From Bacillota bacterium (lineage in GTDB: Bacteria > Bacillota > Bacilli > Bu12): DNA of 64,000 bases. This document shows, piece by piece, positions 1 to 10,569 of this stretch. Numbering within the stretch: position 1 is the first letter of the stretch; every line of letters starts with the position of its first letter. The notes under the pieces are model-generated. The model did no database searches. It was given only the letters and a program-made list of their open reading frames with translations, and was not told the origin of the DNA. A program made the position numbers and the translations under genes. Where the stretch lies: assembly GCA_014896485.1 (NCBI GenBank), contig JADBKH010000005.1, positions 7,500-71,499 on the forward strand. Reading direction: 5' to 3'.

Positions 1-762
1 GAGATCGATCCCGCCAGAGCCGCCGTCACCGGGGTACCTTGGGGCACCTACGGCACACAGAGCTTGGGGCGTTGGTTTACCGCCTTGGGTATTTCCATGG
101 AAGATGAACAGACAAGCAAGGCACTTTTGCACATGAACGATACCCGTGTCCCGATGTTTAACCCGCTGCCCACCCTCACTCCGGTACGTAGTGGTACCCA
201 AATCCCTTTCGCCGGAACAGAAGCGATCATCCTTTGGGCACCGGGGCATACCCCGGGGCAGCTCAACCTCTATCTGCCGCAAACCCACGAACTCTTCTCC
301 GGCGATCATATTCTGCCCAAGATTACGCCGAACGTAAGCCGTCTGCCTGGTGGCCTGTTGAATCCGTTGGCATCCTACATGGAAAATTTGCGCCAATTGT
401 TGATGCTGCCGCTGGGCACCATCTACCCAGCTCACGGGAAAGTGCTGGAAGAAGGGGTCCGCCGTGTCATCGAGCTGTACGATCACCACATTGAGCGTGC
501 CCAACTGGCAGCAGAATGCGCACAGGGTGGCCGCAATGTCTTCGACATTACGATCGATCTGTTCAGCTATCGGCAACTGAAGGTTTGGGATTATCCATTG
601 GCCCTCGGTGAAGCGCTGGCCCACCTGGAGTATATGGTCTCCCAAAACCGCGTCGATCGTCTGATCGATGGCAAGCCGACCCTACCGGAGACTCGCTTGG
701 AAAGTGTACTACTCGATGTTCCTGAAGCAGAGATGCCCACTTTGCGTTACCGCAGCAAGTAA
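1..762 (+). CDS. MBL-fold metallo-hydrolase, 5' end truncated by the window edge
   Basis: Frame is open from nt 1. Translation has metallo-beta-lactamase-fold motifs (WAPGHTPGQ, SGDHIL). Confidence 0.6.
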   Translation, partial: EIDPARAAVTGVPWGTYGTQSLGRWFTALGISMEDEQTSKALLHMNDTRVPMFNPLPTLTPVRSGTQIPFAGTEAIILWAPGHTPGQLNLYLPQTHELFSGDHILPKITPNVSRLPGGLLNPLASYMENLRQLLMLPLGTIYPAHGKVLEEGVRRVIELYDHHIERAQLAAECAQGGRNVFDITIDLFSYRQLKVWDYPLALGEALAHLEYMVSQNRVDRLIDGKPTLPETRLESVLLDVPEAEMPTLRYRSK

Positions 763-795
763 TTGGATCAACCCAACCGAAGCGTTTTGGATAGC

Positions 796-830
796 AAGGA
801 GGAGCAGCAATGCGCTGCCCCTCCTTTTGT
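796..830 (+). terminator. Rho-independent terminator after the MBL gene
   Basis: GC-rich hairpin AAGGAGGAGCAGC-aatgc-GCTGCCCCTCC followed by TTTTGT, 35 nt after the stop codon. Confidence 0.5.
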
Positions 831-848
831 CCACAGGTTCCATCCTTT

Positions 849-1634
849 TCAGACAGCGCTTTGTCCTCCGTCGACTGCGATCACCTGACCAGTGATATAG
901 CTGCCTGCATCCGAAGCCAACAAGAGGGCGATGCCCTTCAGCTCCTCTGGTTCACCCAACCGCCCCAACGGGATAAACGCCGAAAGACGGGCGACATACT
1001 GCGGATCTTCGACGATGAACTGTGTCATGCGCGAAGGGAAAAAGCCCGGGGCAATTGCATTGACCCGTACATTGTAAGGAGCCCACTTGACCGCCAAGTC
1101 GCGCGTCAAGCCGTCGACCGCCGCTTTGGAAGCATTGTAGTCCAAAGCATTGAGCACCTGTGCGGGAATCCCCTTTTGACCAGCGATCGACGAAATGTTG
1201 ATCACCGAGCCCTTTCTGCGTTGGATCATTTGTCGACCAAATGCCCGTGTCATCAGCCAAGTGCCGCGGACATTGGTATCAAAGACGTCGTCCCATTTGT
1301 CGATCGGGATCTCCAGTGGATCCGCTCCCCAGGAGCGACCACTGTTGTTGACGAGCACGTCGACGGCACCAAACGCTTCCAAGACACTCTCAGCAAATGC
1401 GTCGATGTGTGCCGGATCGGTCACATCACAGGCTTTGACCAACGTCTTTGTACCGTACTGTCGCTCCAGCTCCGCAGCGACATGTTCGAGATTTTCCACA
1501 CGGCGGGAGCAGAGGGCGATGGCAGAGGCACCTGCTTCGGCAAAAGCCTCGGCGATCACTTGCCCCAAACCTCGCCCACCACCGGTCACCACGCACGTCT
1601 TGCCCTGCAGGGAAAAACGCTCAATGCTGGACAA
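849..1634 (-). CDS. SDR-family oxidoreductase (short-chain dehydrogenase/reductase)
   Basis: TGGGRGLG Rossmann motif; NNSG; catalytic YNASK. Likely start is the TTG at 1634 ([12 protein letters not shown]..., SD AGGAG 9 nt upstream). It overlaps the thiolase 3' end by 14 nt. Confidence 0.75.
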   Translation of the reverse strand: MSSIERFSLQGKTCVVTGGGRGLGQVIAEAFAEAGASAIALCSRRVENLEHVAAELERQYGTKTLVKACDVTDPAHIDAFAESVLEAFGAVDVLVNNSGRSWGADPLEIPIDKWDDVFDTNVRGTWLMTRAFGRQMIQRRKGSVINISSIAGQKGIPAQVLNALDYNASKAAVDGLTRDLAVKWAPYNVRVNAIAPGFFPSRMTQFIVEDPQYVARLSAFIPLGRLGEPEELKGIALLLASDAGSYITGQVIAVDGGQSAV

Positions 1635-2805
1635 ATTCGAACACTCCTGCCGCTCCCATGCCGCCCCCAATGCACATCGTCACCAACCCATAGTGGGCGT
1701 TGCGCCTTCGTGCCTCTTCGATGATATCCACAGTCAAGCGGGCACCCGAGCACCCCAACGGATGGCCGATGGCGATAGCACCGCCATTGACGTTGGTCTT
1801 CTCTGGATCCATGCCCAACGTGCGCATCACGTAGAGCGATTGGGAGGCAAAAGCCTCATTGAGTTCGATGAGATCGATGTCCTCCATCGTCAGGCCGGCC
1901 AATCGCAGTGCCTTGGGCACAGCTGCGACAGGACCAATTCCCATCACGGTGGGATCGACACCGCCGACTGCAAAGGAGCGAAAGATGGCGGTAGGTTGCA
2001 GTCCCAACGCGGCTGCCCGCTCCTCCGACATCACGACAACGCCAGCAGCGCCATCGGAAGTCTGGGAGGAATTGCCCGCTGTCACGCTGCCTCCTGCCTT
2101 AAAGACAGGGCGAAGTTTGGCCAACGCCTCGAGGCTCGTTTCACGGCGTGCGCCTTCATCCCGGTCAAAGAGGATCTCCTTCTCGATCCGCTGTCCGTCA
2201 GGTGTAATCGTCACCTGGCGGACGGGCACCGGAACGGTCTGTGCCTTCAGCTTGCCGGCATCCTGCGCCGCAATGGCCCGCTGATGGCTACGCAATGCGA
2301 AGGCATCCTGATCTTCCCGAGAGATCCCAAAGCGTGAAGCGACCTCTTCGGCGGTCAGGCCCATCCCCCAGTAAGCTCCGGGGGCAATCTCCAACAGACG
2401 CGGATTGGGCGCTGCCTTGGTACTTCCCATGGGCAAAAAGCTCATGCTCTCTACTCCGCCTGCGATGATCGTCTCGGCAAAACCACACATGATGTGCTCC
2501 GCTGCCAAGGCGATCGATTGGAGACCGGAAGAACAAAAGCGGTTGATCGTAAAGCCCGGTACGCTCTCTGGCAATCCGGAAAGAAGGGCCACCTGCCGCC
2601 CCATGTTCATCCCTTGCTCTGCTTCAGGCATCGCTGTGCCAAGGATGACGTCTTCGATCTCGCTCGGATCGACTTGCGGCAGACGCCGCAGTAAATCTTG
2701 AATGACCAGCGTGGCCAGATCGTCTGGACGTGTATGGCGCAACGTGCCCCGCGGCGCCTTGCCGACTGGCGTGCGCGACCCTGCAACAATGACAGCTTGG
2801 CGCAT
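1621..2805 (-). CDS. fadA: Acetyl-CoA C-acyltransferase (thiolase)
   Basis: [17 protein letters not shown]-terminus, NRFCSSGLQ active-site Cys region, C-terminal CIGGGMG. The track ORF has a 28-aa upstream extension; true start taken as the ATG at 2805. Confidence 0.85.
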   Translation of the reverse strand: MRQAVIVAGSRTPVGKAPRGTLRHTRPDDLATLVIQDLLRRLPQVDPSEIEDVILGTAMPEAEQGMNMGRQVALLSGLPESVPGFTINRFCSSGLQSIALAAEHIMCGFAETIIAGGVESMSFLPMGSTKAAPNPRLLEIAPGAYWGMGLTAEEVASRFGISREDQDAFALRSHQRAIAAQDAGKLKAQTVPVPVRQVTITPDGQRIEKEILFDRDEGARRETSLEALAKLRPVFKAGGSVTAGNSSQTSDGAAGVVVMSEERAAALGLQPTAIFRSFAVGGVDPTVMGIGPVAAVPKALRLAGLTMEDIDLIELNEAFASQSLYVMRTLGMDPEKTNVNGGAIAIGHPLGCSGARLTVDIIEEARRRNAHYGLVTMCIGGGMGAAGVFEFVQH

Positions 2806-2819
2806 CGACGATTCCCCCT

Positions 2820-5225
2820 TCAATTGCGCACGGGCTTTCCCGTGGTCAATAGCGCGGCAATACGCTGTTGTGTCTTCGGCTCGCCACACAGGCTCAAAAA
2901 CGCTTCCCGTTCCAAATCCAGCAGGTAGCTTTCTGGCACCAGCGTGTTCTTCGGCACATCGCCGCCGGTGAGCACCCTGGCCAGCTTGGTTGCGATCAGC
3001 CGATCATGATCGCTGATCTGCCCGGCGACGTACATCCCTTCCAACATGGCCAGCAAGGTGCCATACCCCGAGACACCCAGCACGGGAACAGGTTTCGGTT
3101 GTCGTGGACGATATTGCTCCCCCAAGGCGAGCACACGTTGTTTGGCCTGTGCCAGCTGTAGATCGGACTGGATGGAAACCTGATCGGTCGGCCGTAAAAA
3201 TGCCCGGCTTCGCGCATCCTCGGCACTCGAAGAGACGGTGGCCATCGCGATCGTTTGGAAAGTATGGATCAGATAGGGCTCCAGATCGACATGGGTCCCT
3301 TCGGGAATCGATTCGATATGACGCAGGTAGAGCTCTTTGTTGCCGCCACCACCCGGAATCAAACCGACGCCTGTCTCGACCAGACCGAGGTAAGTCTCCG
3401 CATCCGCCTGAATGGCATCTGCCGCAAAGCTGATCTCACACCCACCGCCCAACGTACGTTGATAGGGCGCAGCTACAACGGGGCGATCCCACATCTTGAG
3501 GTGGTAAAGGGCATACTGGAAACGGCGAATGAATGTCTCAAGCAGCTCCCAGGGACTCTTGCCTTGGGCATTGGCTTGCATCATCATGCCGAGGTTGGCC
3601 CCTGTACAGAAGTTCTTTCCCGATGCTCCGATCACGACGCCGACAAACCTTGCCGGGAGCGATTCGACGACGCGTTCCAGGGCTTCGATGACAGCATCAT
3701 CGATGGTATTTTTGGGACCGTGCAAGTCGAGCAGCGCTACATCGTCACCGATGTCGTAAAGGCTGGCCCCATCATTTTCAAAGAGCTTCGTTCCCTCCTT
3801 GCGCAAGGAGGCAATATCGATACGCTCCGGCAAGCGCCATTGGGGTCGGTAGCTGCTGTGTTGTGGTTGCTCGGCATCCAAATGAAAGGCACCCTCTTGG
3901 GTGTAGAAGCGATCGTAGCCTTTCGCCAGCAACGCCTCGACAATAGGTGGAACACGTCCCCCTTCCTGGCGGATGCGTTGTGCTGTCGCTTCTACCCCCA
4001 GGGCATCCCACATCTCAAAGGGACCCGCTTCCCAGTTGAAGCCCCACTTCATGGCATTGTCGATTGCTTCAATGTCGTCGGCAATTTCCGGAACGCGTTC
4101 TGCAGCATAGCAAAGCGTATCGCGCAAGACCTCCCACGCAAATCGGCTGCCTTCATCCTCACCGCTTGTCAAAGCACGCAATCGCTCGGACAGCGATTTG
4201 GCTTGCTGAGCTGCACGCAAGGAGGGGAAATCCACCGTCTTTGGTGACCGGTAGGTAAAGCTCTCTAGGTCCAAGACTAGCCGCTGTCCCCGTTCTTTCT
4301 TGTAAAAACCTGCCCCGCTTTTGTCGCCCAACTGTCCCTGGTCGATCATCTTCTGCAAGATGGGCAGAAAACCGCCCAGGTCGGCTTCGCCGGTATTCTC
4401 AGCGACATGTAGCATGGTATCCAAACCGACCATATCGAGGGTGCGGAAGGTGGCACTGTTGGGGTGCCCCATCACCCGTCCGGTCAAGGCATCGACCTCT
4501 TCGATCGAAAGATGGTGGTGCTGCATCGCTGCCAAGGTGGCCAAAAAACCGTAATTGCCAATGCGGTTGCCAACAAAGTTGGGGGTATCTTTGCCAATGA
4601 CCACTCCTTTACCCAAGCGCCGGGTTCCAAACTCCCGGAACCAGCTGACCAGCTCTGGATCGGTCTTGGGGCCTGGCACCACCTCGAGCAATCTCATGTA
4701 GCGTGGGGGGTTGAAAAAATGGGTGACCAAAAAGCGGGATTGAAGGGCCTCTGGGAGTGCCTCGGCCATCGCCGCAACCGAGATGCCAGAAGTGTTTGAC
4801 GAAACGATGGTGTTTTCTCCGACGATCGCGCCTACTTTGGCAAGGATCTCTCGCTTGACGTCGAGCCTTTCGACGACCGCTTCAATCACCCAATCCACCT
4901 TGGCACATTGTTGCAGGTCGTCCTCGATGTTGCCACAACGGATTGCATCCGCAAACGAAGGGTGAAAAAGCGCGGGCGGTCTACTTTTGAGGACACGCTG
5001 TTTTCCCGCTTCGGCAAGGCGGTTTCGGACAACTTTGTCCTGCAAAGTAAGGCCTTTCTTTTCTTCTTCAGACGTCAATGCAGTGGGAACGATATCGAGC
5101 AACAGAGTAGGGATGCCAACATTGGCCAGATGGGCGGCGATCTGCGCTCCCATCACCCCGGCACCCAACACTGCGGCACGCCGAATGGGCGTTAGAATCA
5201 CGAAGCCTGCCTCCTTTGGATTCAT
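2820..5225 (-). CDS. fadN: Bifunctional 3-hydroxyacyl-CoA dehydrogenase / enoyl-CoA hydratase (FadN type, 801 aa)
   Basis: N-terminal NAD Rossmann [13 protein letters not shown] (HADH) and C-terminal crotonase-fold region. ATGA overlap with the upstream ACAD stop. Confidence 0.85.
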   Translation of the reverse strand: MNPKEAGFVILTPIRRAAVLGAGVMGAQIAAHLANVGIPTLLLDIVPTALTSEEEKKGLTLQDKVVRNRLAEAGKQRVLKSRPPALFHPSFADAIRCGNIEDDLQQCAKVDWVIEAVVERLDVKREILAKVGAIVGENTIVSSNTSGISVAAMAEALPEALQSRFLVTHFFNPPRYMRLLEVVPGPKTDPELVSWFREFGTRRLGKGVVIGKDTPNFVGNRIGNYGFLATLAAMQHHHLSIEEVDALTGRVMGHPNSATFRTLDMVGLDTMLHVAENTGEADLGGFLPILQKMIDQGQLGDKSGAGFYKKERGQRLVLDLESFTYRSPKTVDFPSLRAAQQAKSLSERLRALTSGEDEGSRFAWEVLRDTLCYAAERVPEIADDIEAIDNAMKWGFNWEAGPFEMWDALGVEATAQRIRQEGGRVPPIVEALLAKGYDRFYTQEGAFHLDAEQPQHSSYRPQWRLPERIDIASLRKEGTKLFENDGASLYDIGDDVALLDLHGPKNTIDDAVIEALERVVESLPARFVGVVIGASGKNFCTGANLGMMMQANAQGKSPWELLETFIRRFQYALYHLKMWDRPVVAAPYQRTLGGGCEISFAADAIQADAETYLGLVETGVGLIPGGGGNKELYLRHIESIPEGTHVDLEPYLIHTFQTIAMATVSSSAEDARSRAFLRPTDQVSIQSDLQLAQAKQRVLALGEQYRPRQPKPVPVLGVSGYGTLLAMLEGMYVAGQISDHDRLIATKLARVLTGGDVPKNTLVPESYLLDLEREAFLSLCGEPKTQQRIAALLTTGKPVRN

Positions 5226-6361
5226 TTGAGCAGTGCTCGAGAGATGACAATGCGCTGAATTTCGTTGGTTCCCTCATAGATCTGCGTGATCTTGGCATCG
5301 CGCATGAAGCGCTCGACAGGATATTCAACGGTGTAGCCATAGCCACCGAAGATCTGCACCGCTTGTGTCGCCACCTGCATCGCGGTGTCCGAAGCGAAAA
5401 GTTTGGCCATGGAAGAAGCCATCCCGTGTCCGCCCCCATGATCTTCCATCCAGACGGCATGGTAGGTAAGCAAGCGACTTGCTTCAATTGCCGTCGCCAT
5501 ATCGGCAAGTTTGAACTGGATCGCCTGGAAATCGGCGATCGGCCTTCCAAACTGTTCCCGCTGCTTGGCATAAGCGATCGCTGCCTCCAAGGCCCCCTCG
5601 GCAATGCCTAAAGCCTGCGCGGCGATACCGTTTCGGCCACCATCCAGTGTGGCCATCGCGATCTTAAAACCCTCTCCCTCCTGACCAAGGCGGTTCGCTA
5701 TCGGCACTTCGACATTCTCAAAGAGGAGTTCTTGGGTTGTAGAAGAACGAATCCCCATTTTGTGGATCTCTTTGCCGAAACTGAAGCCGGGCATCCCTTT
5801 TTCCACGACAAAAGCGGTCACGCCATGAGCGCCTTTCGACGGATCGACTGTAGCGAAGACGACGTATGTATCCGCCGCTCCCCCGTTGGTGATGAACGTT
5901 TTCTGCCCGTTGAGCAAGTAGGTATCGCCTTGGCGCTGTGCTCGGGTTTGCAGATGAGCTGCGTCGGATCCAGCCCCCGGTTCGGTTAACGCAAAAGCCC
6001 CCAAGGCACGTCCTTCGGCCAGCGGGGTCAAGAAACGCTCTTTTTGCTCATCCGTGCCAAACCGGTCGATCGGCCAACTACACAGGCTGACATGCGCACC
6101 CAAAACGACCGAGAGCGAAGCATCGACTTTGGCGAGTTCCTCCATGGCGATGATATAACTCGTAAAGTCCGCTCCCGCTCCACCGTACTTTTCGGACCAA
6201 GGAATGCCGGTCAATCCCAATGCTGCCATGCGCTCGAAGAGGGTGCGATCAAAATGCTCTTGCTGATCCCGCTGCGCGGCACCAGGTGCTACCTCTCGTC
6301 GGGCAAAGTCACGCACCATCTCCCGCATCTGCCGGTGTTCTGGTGATTCGCTGAAGTCCAA
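5222..6361 (-). CDS. Acyl-CoA dehydrogenase
   Basis: Canonical ACAD motifs: [17 protein letters not shown], catalytic Glu in IYEGTNEIQ. Confidence 0.9.
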   Translation of the reverse strand: MDFSESPEHRQMREMVRDFARREVAPGAAQRDQQEHFDRTLFERMAALGLTGIPWSEKYGGAGADFTSYIIAMEELAKVDASLSVVLGAHVSLCSWPIDRFGTDEQKERFLTPLAEGRALGAFALTEPGAGSDAAHLQTRAQRQGDTYLLNGQKTFITNGGAADTYVVFATVDPSKGAHGVTAFVVEKGMPGFSFGKEIHKMGIRSSTTQELLFENVEVPIANRLGQEGEGFKIAMATLDGGRNGIAAQALGIAEGALEAAIAYAKQREQFGRPIADFQAIQFKLADMATAIEASRLLTYHAVWMEDHGGGHGMASSMAKLFASDTAMQVATQAVQIFGGYGYTVEYPVERFMRDAKITQIYEGTNEIQRIVISRALLK

Positions 6362-6372
6362 ACCGCTGCCCC

Positions 6373-7584
6373 CTAGACTCGAATCCCGTGCGCTGCGTAT
6401 AGACGCCGCGCGACCACCAGGTGCTGCACCTGATTGGTCCCTTCAAAAATATCAAAAACCTTGCAATCCCGGTAGAGCTTTTCGACAGGATGATCGACTA
6501 CACCGGTTGGGCCCAAAAGTTCCAGCCCCATGGCACAAACTTCAAGGGAGACACGTCCTGCATAGGCCTTCGACATGGAAGCTTCTTTGCTGTTGGGCTC
6601 TCCGATATCACCCTTCCAGGCCGCTTCCCAGACGAGGCTGCGGGCAGCTTCGATCTTGCGATACATCTCGGCCAAGCGCTCGCGGGCACTGTGGTAAAAA
6701 TGCCCCGTTGGCGCGTAGCCCTGCCGGAGGATTTCAAGCGTGTACTCATACGCCGCCCGTGCGATGCCCATCGCCATGGCAGCCACCACGGGCCGCGTGT
6801 TGTCAAACGTCTGCATGGCAACGCGAAATCCCGCTGGCCCATTGCTGCGTGCTTGGTACTGCGCTTCGCCTCCCAGCAGGTTCTCGTCCGGAACGAAGCA
6901 ATCTTCAAAGAGCAGCTCCGCCGTCTCAGAAGCGCGTAATCCCATCTTGTGCAAAATACGCGTACAAGTAAAGCCCGGCGTTCCCTTCTCGACAAGAAAA
7001 GCCCGCTGACCAGCCCGCCCCAGTGTCGGATCGACAGTGGCAAAGACGACGTTCCAGGCCGCCCTTCCCCCGTTGGTGATGAAGATCTTGCGGCCATTCA
7101 AGATCCAGCCGCCCTCGACCTTCTTTGCTGAGGTGCGAATGCCGGAGACATCGGAACCAGCTTCCGGCTCGGTCAGGGCATAGGCCCCCCACATCGGTTC
7201 CTTTGCTCCTCGGAACATTCCCAGGTACTTCTCCTTTTGAGCAGGAGTCCCCATCAAAGCCACCGGGGGACCTCCCAATCCTGGACCGGGCAGAGCCAGT
7301 GCCAGTCCCGGATCTCCCCAGCCGATCTCTTCGGCCAGGAGTACCCCGTTGCGGTTGGCCGTGCGCTCTTGGGGTCGATCGTCCGCCCTTTCCGCCCCAC
7401 TTTGCCCAGGTGCGCCGCCCAGATCGAGACCGACGCCGAGGGCCATCGCTTGCTGCAAATAAGCCTTGGGTGCATCTTCGATGCGATCGGCTTCCATGGC
7501 ATACGGCCGCATCACACCTTGTGCAAACGCATGCGCCATCTCACGCAGCTGCTTTTGCTGCGGAGTCAATGTAAAATCGATCAT
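6373..7584 (-). CDS. Acyl-CoA dehydrogenase with an N-terminal low-complexity insertion
   Basis: [17 protein letters not shown], catalytic Glu in IFEGTNQVQ. Atypical insert of about 45 aa ([25 protein letters not shown]...). Confidence 0.85.
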   Translation of the reverse strand: MIDFTLTPQQKQLREMAHAFAQGVMRPYAMEADRIEDAPKAYLQQAMALGVGLDLGGAPGQSGAERADDRPQERTANRNGVLLAEEIGWGDPGLALALPGPGLGGPPVALMGTPAQKEKYLGMFRGAKEPMWGAYALTEPEAGSDVSGIRTSAKKVEGGWILNGRKIFITNGGRAAWNVVFATVDPTLGRAGQRAFLVEKGTPGFTCTRILHKMGLRASETAELLFEDCFVPDENLLGGEAQYQARSNGPAGFRVAMQTFDNTRPVVAAMAMGIARAAYEYTLEILRQGYAPTGHFYHSARERLAEMYRKIEAARSLVWEAAWKGDIGEPNSKEASMSKAYAGRVSLEVCAMGLELLGPTGVVDHPVEKLYRDCKVFDIFEGTNQVQHLVVARRLYAAHGIRV

Positions 7585-7596
7585 CTGCTTCCTCCC

Positions 7597-8760
7597 TCAG
7601 GCATTTTCTGCGAGCCGAAAGCCGGCCGTGCCGTCCTTCGCGCCAGCCTGCCACAACGCATCTCCAAGTACGGACTGCAGCTCCAACTCCCGACCAAAGA
7701 GCAACACCTGCGCCTCCGCATCGCGCATCCATTTCTCAACCGGATGATCCTGGACGAACCCATGACCACCGAGCAATTGCACAGCATTGCTGGTGACAAA
7801 TCGAACCGCCTGATGCGCATGGGCCAGAGCCATCGCTGCCGTGCTAAAGGCATCCTCCCCCTTGTCACCTTGCACGGCGGCTTTCCAAATCAGATTTCGC
7901 GCTGCTTCTGTCTCAATGGCCATATCGGCAGCGACAAACGATACCCCTTGGAAAGCAGCGATCACCTGCTGAAAAGCTCGACGCTGCGCGGTATATGCGA
8001 CGGTATACTCTGTAGCAGCGCGACAAGCACCCACTTCCAACGCCCCTTGTTCGATCGCCAGCGTTGTCAGCGCCTGTCGAATCGCCGTTTGTGCAGTCTC
8101 TCCAACAGCGAGCAAGTCTGCTTCCTCTAGGCGCACATCCTCGAAGCGAACCGATCCTACTCCAGCTGCCAGCATCCCCAAAGCGAGGGCATGGGGGCGA
8201 AAGTGCACTCCTGCTGCCGCAGAGGGAATGGCTAGGATCGCCATCCCCTCTTGCCCCCCTGCTGCTACCAAAAGATGTGCAGCATGCTGTGCGCCAAGGG
8301 TAATGGCGGATTCTCCGGAAAGCACCACACCACCAGCATTGCGTTGCCAAGCAAGGGAGCCATCGGCTTGTGGACGTTCTCCCCATACCGGTGCCACCCA
8401 GCAGACCGATGTCTCCGCCAAATCGCGCAGCCGATCCTGCGTTGGGGTCTGGCTGGCCAGTGCTGCCAACAAATGATGCCCGGTTTGGGCTCCCAACAGG
8501 GCTTGACTGCTACCTAAATCCCCCCAGCCCAACGCTTCGTAGGCAATCGCTTGGGTCACCAGGTTCAAACCAGCACCGCCCAATGCCTCTGGCAAAGAAA
8601 GGGCGGTTAGCCCCAGAGAGACCGCCTCTTGGAGTATCTGCGGGGGCAGCGCCCGTTTCGTCTCGACTTCTCGAGCGTTGTCGTGCAGATAGCGTTGCGC
8701 GAAAGCGTGCACGCTTTCGGCTAAGGCACTCTGGGCCTCTTCAGGTTGAAACGCGATCAT
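7597..8760 (-). CDS. Acyl-CoA dehydrogenase-like protein, divergent; canonical catalytic Glu not conserved
   Basis: C-terminal LGGHGFVQDHPVEKWMRDAEA aligns with the ACAD GGYGY..PVER.MRDA block, but the YEG catalytic position reads LFG. It is the first gene of the operon, with SD AGAGGAAGGAG. Confidence 0.7.
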   Translation of the reverse strand: MIAFQPEEAQSALAESVHAFAQRYLHDNAREVETKRALPPQILQEAVSLGLTALSLPEALGGAGLNLVTQAIAYEALGWGDLGSSQALLGAQTGHHLLAALASQTPTQDRLRDLAETSVCWVAPVWGERPQADGSLAWQRNAGGVVLSGESAITLGAQHAAHLLVAAGGQEGMAILAIPSAAAGVHFRPHALALGMLAAGVGSVRFEDVRLEEADLLAVGETAQTAIRQALTTLAIEQGALEVGACRAATEYTVAYTAQRRAFQQVIAAFQGVSFVAADMAIETEAARNLIWKAAVQGDKGEDAFSTAAMALAHAHQAVRFVTSNAVQLLGGHGFVQDHPVEKWMRDAEAQVLLFGRELELQSVLGDALWQAGAKDGTAGFRLAENA

Positions 8761-8780
8761 CCGGTCGCTCTCCTTCCTCT

Positions 8781-8796
8781 TGATTCAAAAGAATCA
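8781..8796. promoter_or_regulatory. Perfect inverted repeat TGATTCAAAAGAATCA in the 5' UTR of the beta-oxidation operon (candidate repressor operator)
   Basis: 6-4-6 perfect palindrome between the predicted -10 and the SD of the first ACAD gene. Confidence 0.45.
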
Positions 8797-8812
8797 GTTA
8801 ATACTTGCGCGT

Positions 8813-8841
8813 ATTCTAAACCAAACGGTCGTCCGATTCAA
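8813..8841 (-). promoter_or_regulatory. SigmaA-type promoter for the ACAD-fadN-fadA operon
   Basis: Minus-strand TTGAAT -17 nt- TAGAAT, about 55 nt upstream of the ATG. Confidence 0.45.
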
Positions 8842-8953
8842 GGCGGCCTCACCGACTTTGCTTCTCCTCCCCACCGCTTGATACCATAGGAGTGCCATCG
8901 GAAAGGGGACCCGTTCGGGCCATCGAAAGAATCGTTGTGGAGGTGAACAAGCG

Positions 8954-9544
8954 TTGGCGTACGATGTGTTGATTGTCGGCGGGGGACCGGCAGGATGTAG
9001 CGCCGCGATCTTTCTCGCACGTGCAGGCAAACAGGTGCAGGTCATCGATGATGAGACGGGAGGCAGCCAACGTGCCCTGGTACGAAATCACTATGGACGG
9101 CCGGAGGATACCCCAGGCCCAACGTTGCTTGCCGATGGCAAACAGCAAGCGAAGAAATACGGTGCCTCTTTTGCGAATGAAAGGGTCCAAAAGGCGGAAC
9201 GCATCGGCGATCTCTGGCGCCTGACGACGCCTTCGCATACTTTTGAGGCACCGATCCTCGTTTTGGCAACCGGTACCCAGACACAGCTGGCCGAACAGAT
9301 CGGTGTCCCCCTCCAACCCGGCCGTGAGCCCCATGTCCGCCAAATCGCTGTACATGATGGCCGGGGTAAGACCGCTTTGCCCGGCTTGTGGGTTGCGGGT
9401 ATTCTCTTCGGTGTCAGCGTGCATACCATCATCACTGCCGGTAATGGTGCCCAAGTTGCCGTGGAGATCCTCAGTGAAGAGCGTGGGACGCGCTTCGTCG
9501 ATCACGACGTCCTTTCGTCTCAACCGACAGCCTCTAATTCCTGA
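8954..9544 (+). CDS. Small FAD-dependent oxidoreductase (thioredoxin-reductase-like fold, lacks the NAD(P)H-binding domain)
   Basis: TTG start with SD GGAGGTG. N-terminal VLIVGGGPAGCSAAI (GxGxxG) and C-terminal GLWVAG motifs. Only 196 aa. Confidence 0.6.
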   Translation: MAYDVLIVGGGPAGCSAAIFLARAGKQVQVIDDETGGSQRALVRNHYGRPEDTPGPTLLADGKQQAKKYGASFANERVQKAERIGDLWRLTTPSHTFEAPILVLATGTQTQLAEQIGVPLQPGREPHVRQIAVHDGRGKTALPGLWVAGILFGVSVHTIITAGNGAQVAVEILSEERGTRFVDHDVLSSQPTASNS

Positions 9545-9757
9545 ATCAAGCACAGTACTGTTGAAAGCGGAAGGGGATAGCCTTCCGCTTTCTTTTATCC
9601 ACTACACGATAGGCTCACCTCGAGCAGGCAATCGTGTATACTCCGAATGTAACCAGGGAAGGGGAGGATAACAGCGGACCGTCGCCAAGCGGTACGACGT
9701 GTATGGCTCTCTCTCAGCTTTTCTGCGACGATTCTGGCAGCTGAGCTGGCAGGGGGG

Positions 9758-10543
9758 TTGATCGCGCACAGCTTGGCATTGTTGGCCGATGGGTGGCATA
9801 TGTTGGCAGATATTGTGGCCCTGGGAATCACCCAGTGGGCTTTTTGGTACGCCAGCCGTCCGGCGCAACAACATCGTTCTTTTGGTAACCTGCGCTCGGA
9901 GATCCTGGCTGCCTTTGGTAATGGTCTGCTGCTTATAGTGGTGGCCGTTTGGATCTTTGTAAGCGCTTGGCAACGTTTCCAACACCCTCAGCCCGTTTTG
10001 GGAGGATGGATGTTTGGATTTGCCCTCGTCTCGACGCTACTCAACGGCCTCTCCAGCTGGATTCTGCATACCGATAACGCTGAAAACCTCAACCAACGCG
10101 GTGCCTTTCTTCATGTCCTTGGAGATTTGGCAGGGGCAGTCGGGGCCTTGATCGCCGCCGTCGTCATCCGCCTGACCGGCTGGCATCTCGTTGACCCAGC
10201 GGTCTCGGTGTTGATCGGTTTGTTTGTCACCTTCACCGCCGTTCAATTGTTGCGAGACAGTGCCGCAGTACTGATGGAAGAAGTCCCTTCCGGACTTTCG
10301 GTCGCCGAAATCCTTGAAACGATCGAAAAAATAGACGATGTCATCAGCGTCCACGATCTCCACATTTGGACGGTCACCAGTGGTTTTGTCTCCCTCTCTT
10401 GCCACCTACAGATCACGGTCGGCGCAGACGAGCAGACCGTGATCGACCGCGTCAGCCGCAAACTTTACGAACGCTATGGAATTAAACACACCACCATACA
10501 AGTTGAACGCAGCCATCCTTTGGGTATCCATGCAGATCTGTAG
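9758..10543 (+). CDS. Cation diffusion facilitator (CzcD/ZitB-like) transporter; annotated from the first canonical start, but the coding sequence appears to extend upstream
   Basis: HSLALLADGWHM and HVLGDLAGAVGAL CDF signatures; C-terminal cytoplasmic domain. TM1 and the RRVW motif are encoded in-frame upstream of 9758, where no ATG/GTG/TTG exists. Confidence 0.7.
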   Translation: MIAHSLALLADGWHMLADIVALGITQWAFWYASRPAQQHRSFGNLRSEILAAFGNGLLLIVVAVWIFVSAWQRFQHPQPVLGGWMFGFALVSTLLNGLSSWILHTDNAENLNQRGAFLHVLGDLAGAVGALIAAVVIRLTGWHLVDPAVSVLIGLFVTFTAVQLLRDSAAVLMEEVPSGLSVAEILETIEKIDDVISVHDLHIWTVTSGFVSLSCHLQITVGADEQTVIDRVSRKLYERYGIKHTTIQVERSHPLGIHADL

Positions 10544-10569
10544 CCCCCCTGTGCCGGATTGACTGCCTT

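Noticed and set aside
810-2337. Long plus-strand ORFs (810..1724, 1195..2337) opposite the SDR and thiolase genes
   Set aside because: Antisense to genes with strong homology; high-GC genomes generate long spurious ORFs. The translations are low-complexity Arg/Ser/Pro-rich.
3255-4247. 330-aa plus-strand ORF inside fadN
   Set aside because: Antisense shadow ORF; no motifs; fadN is full-length on the opposite strand.
7237-8130. 297-aa plus-strand ORF overlapping two ACAD genes
   Set aside because: Antisense to the ACAD genes; no similarity.
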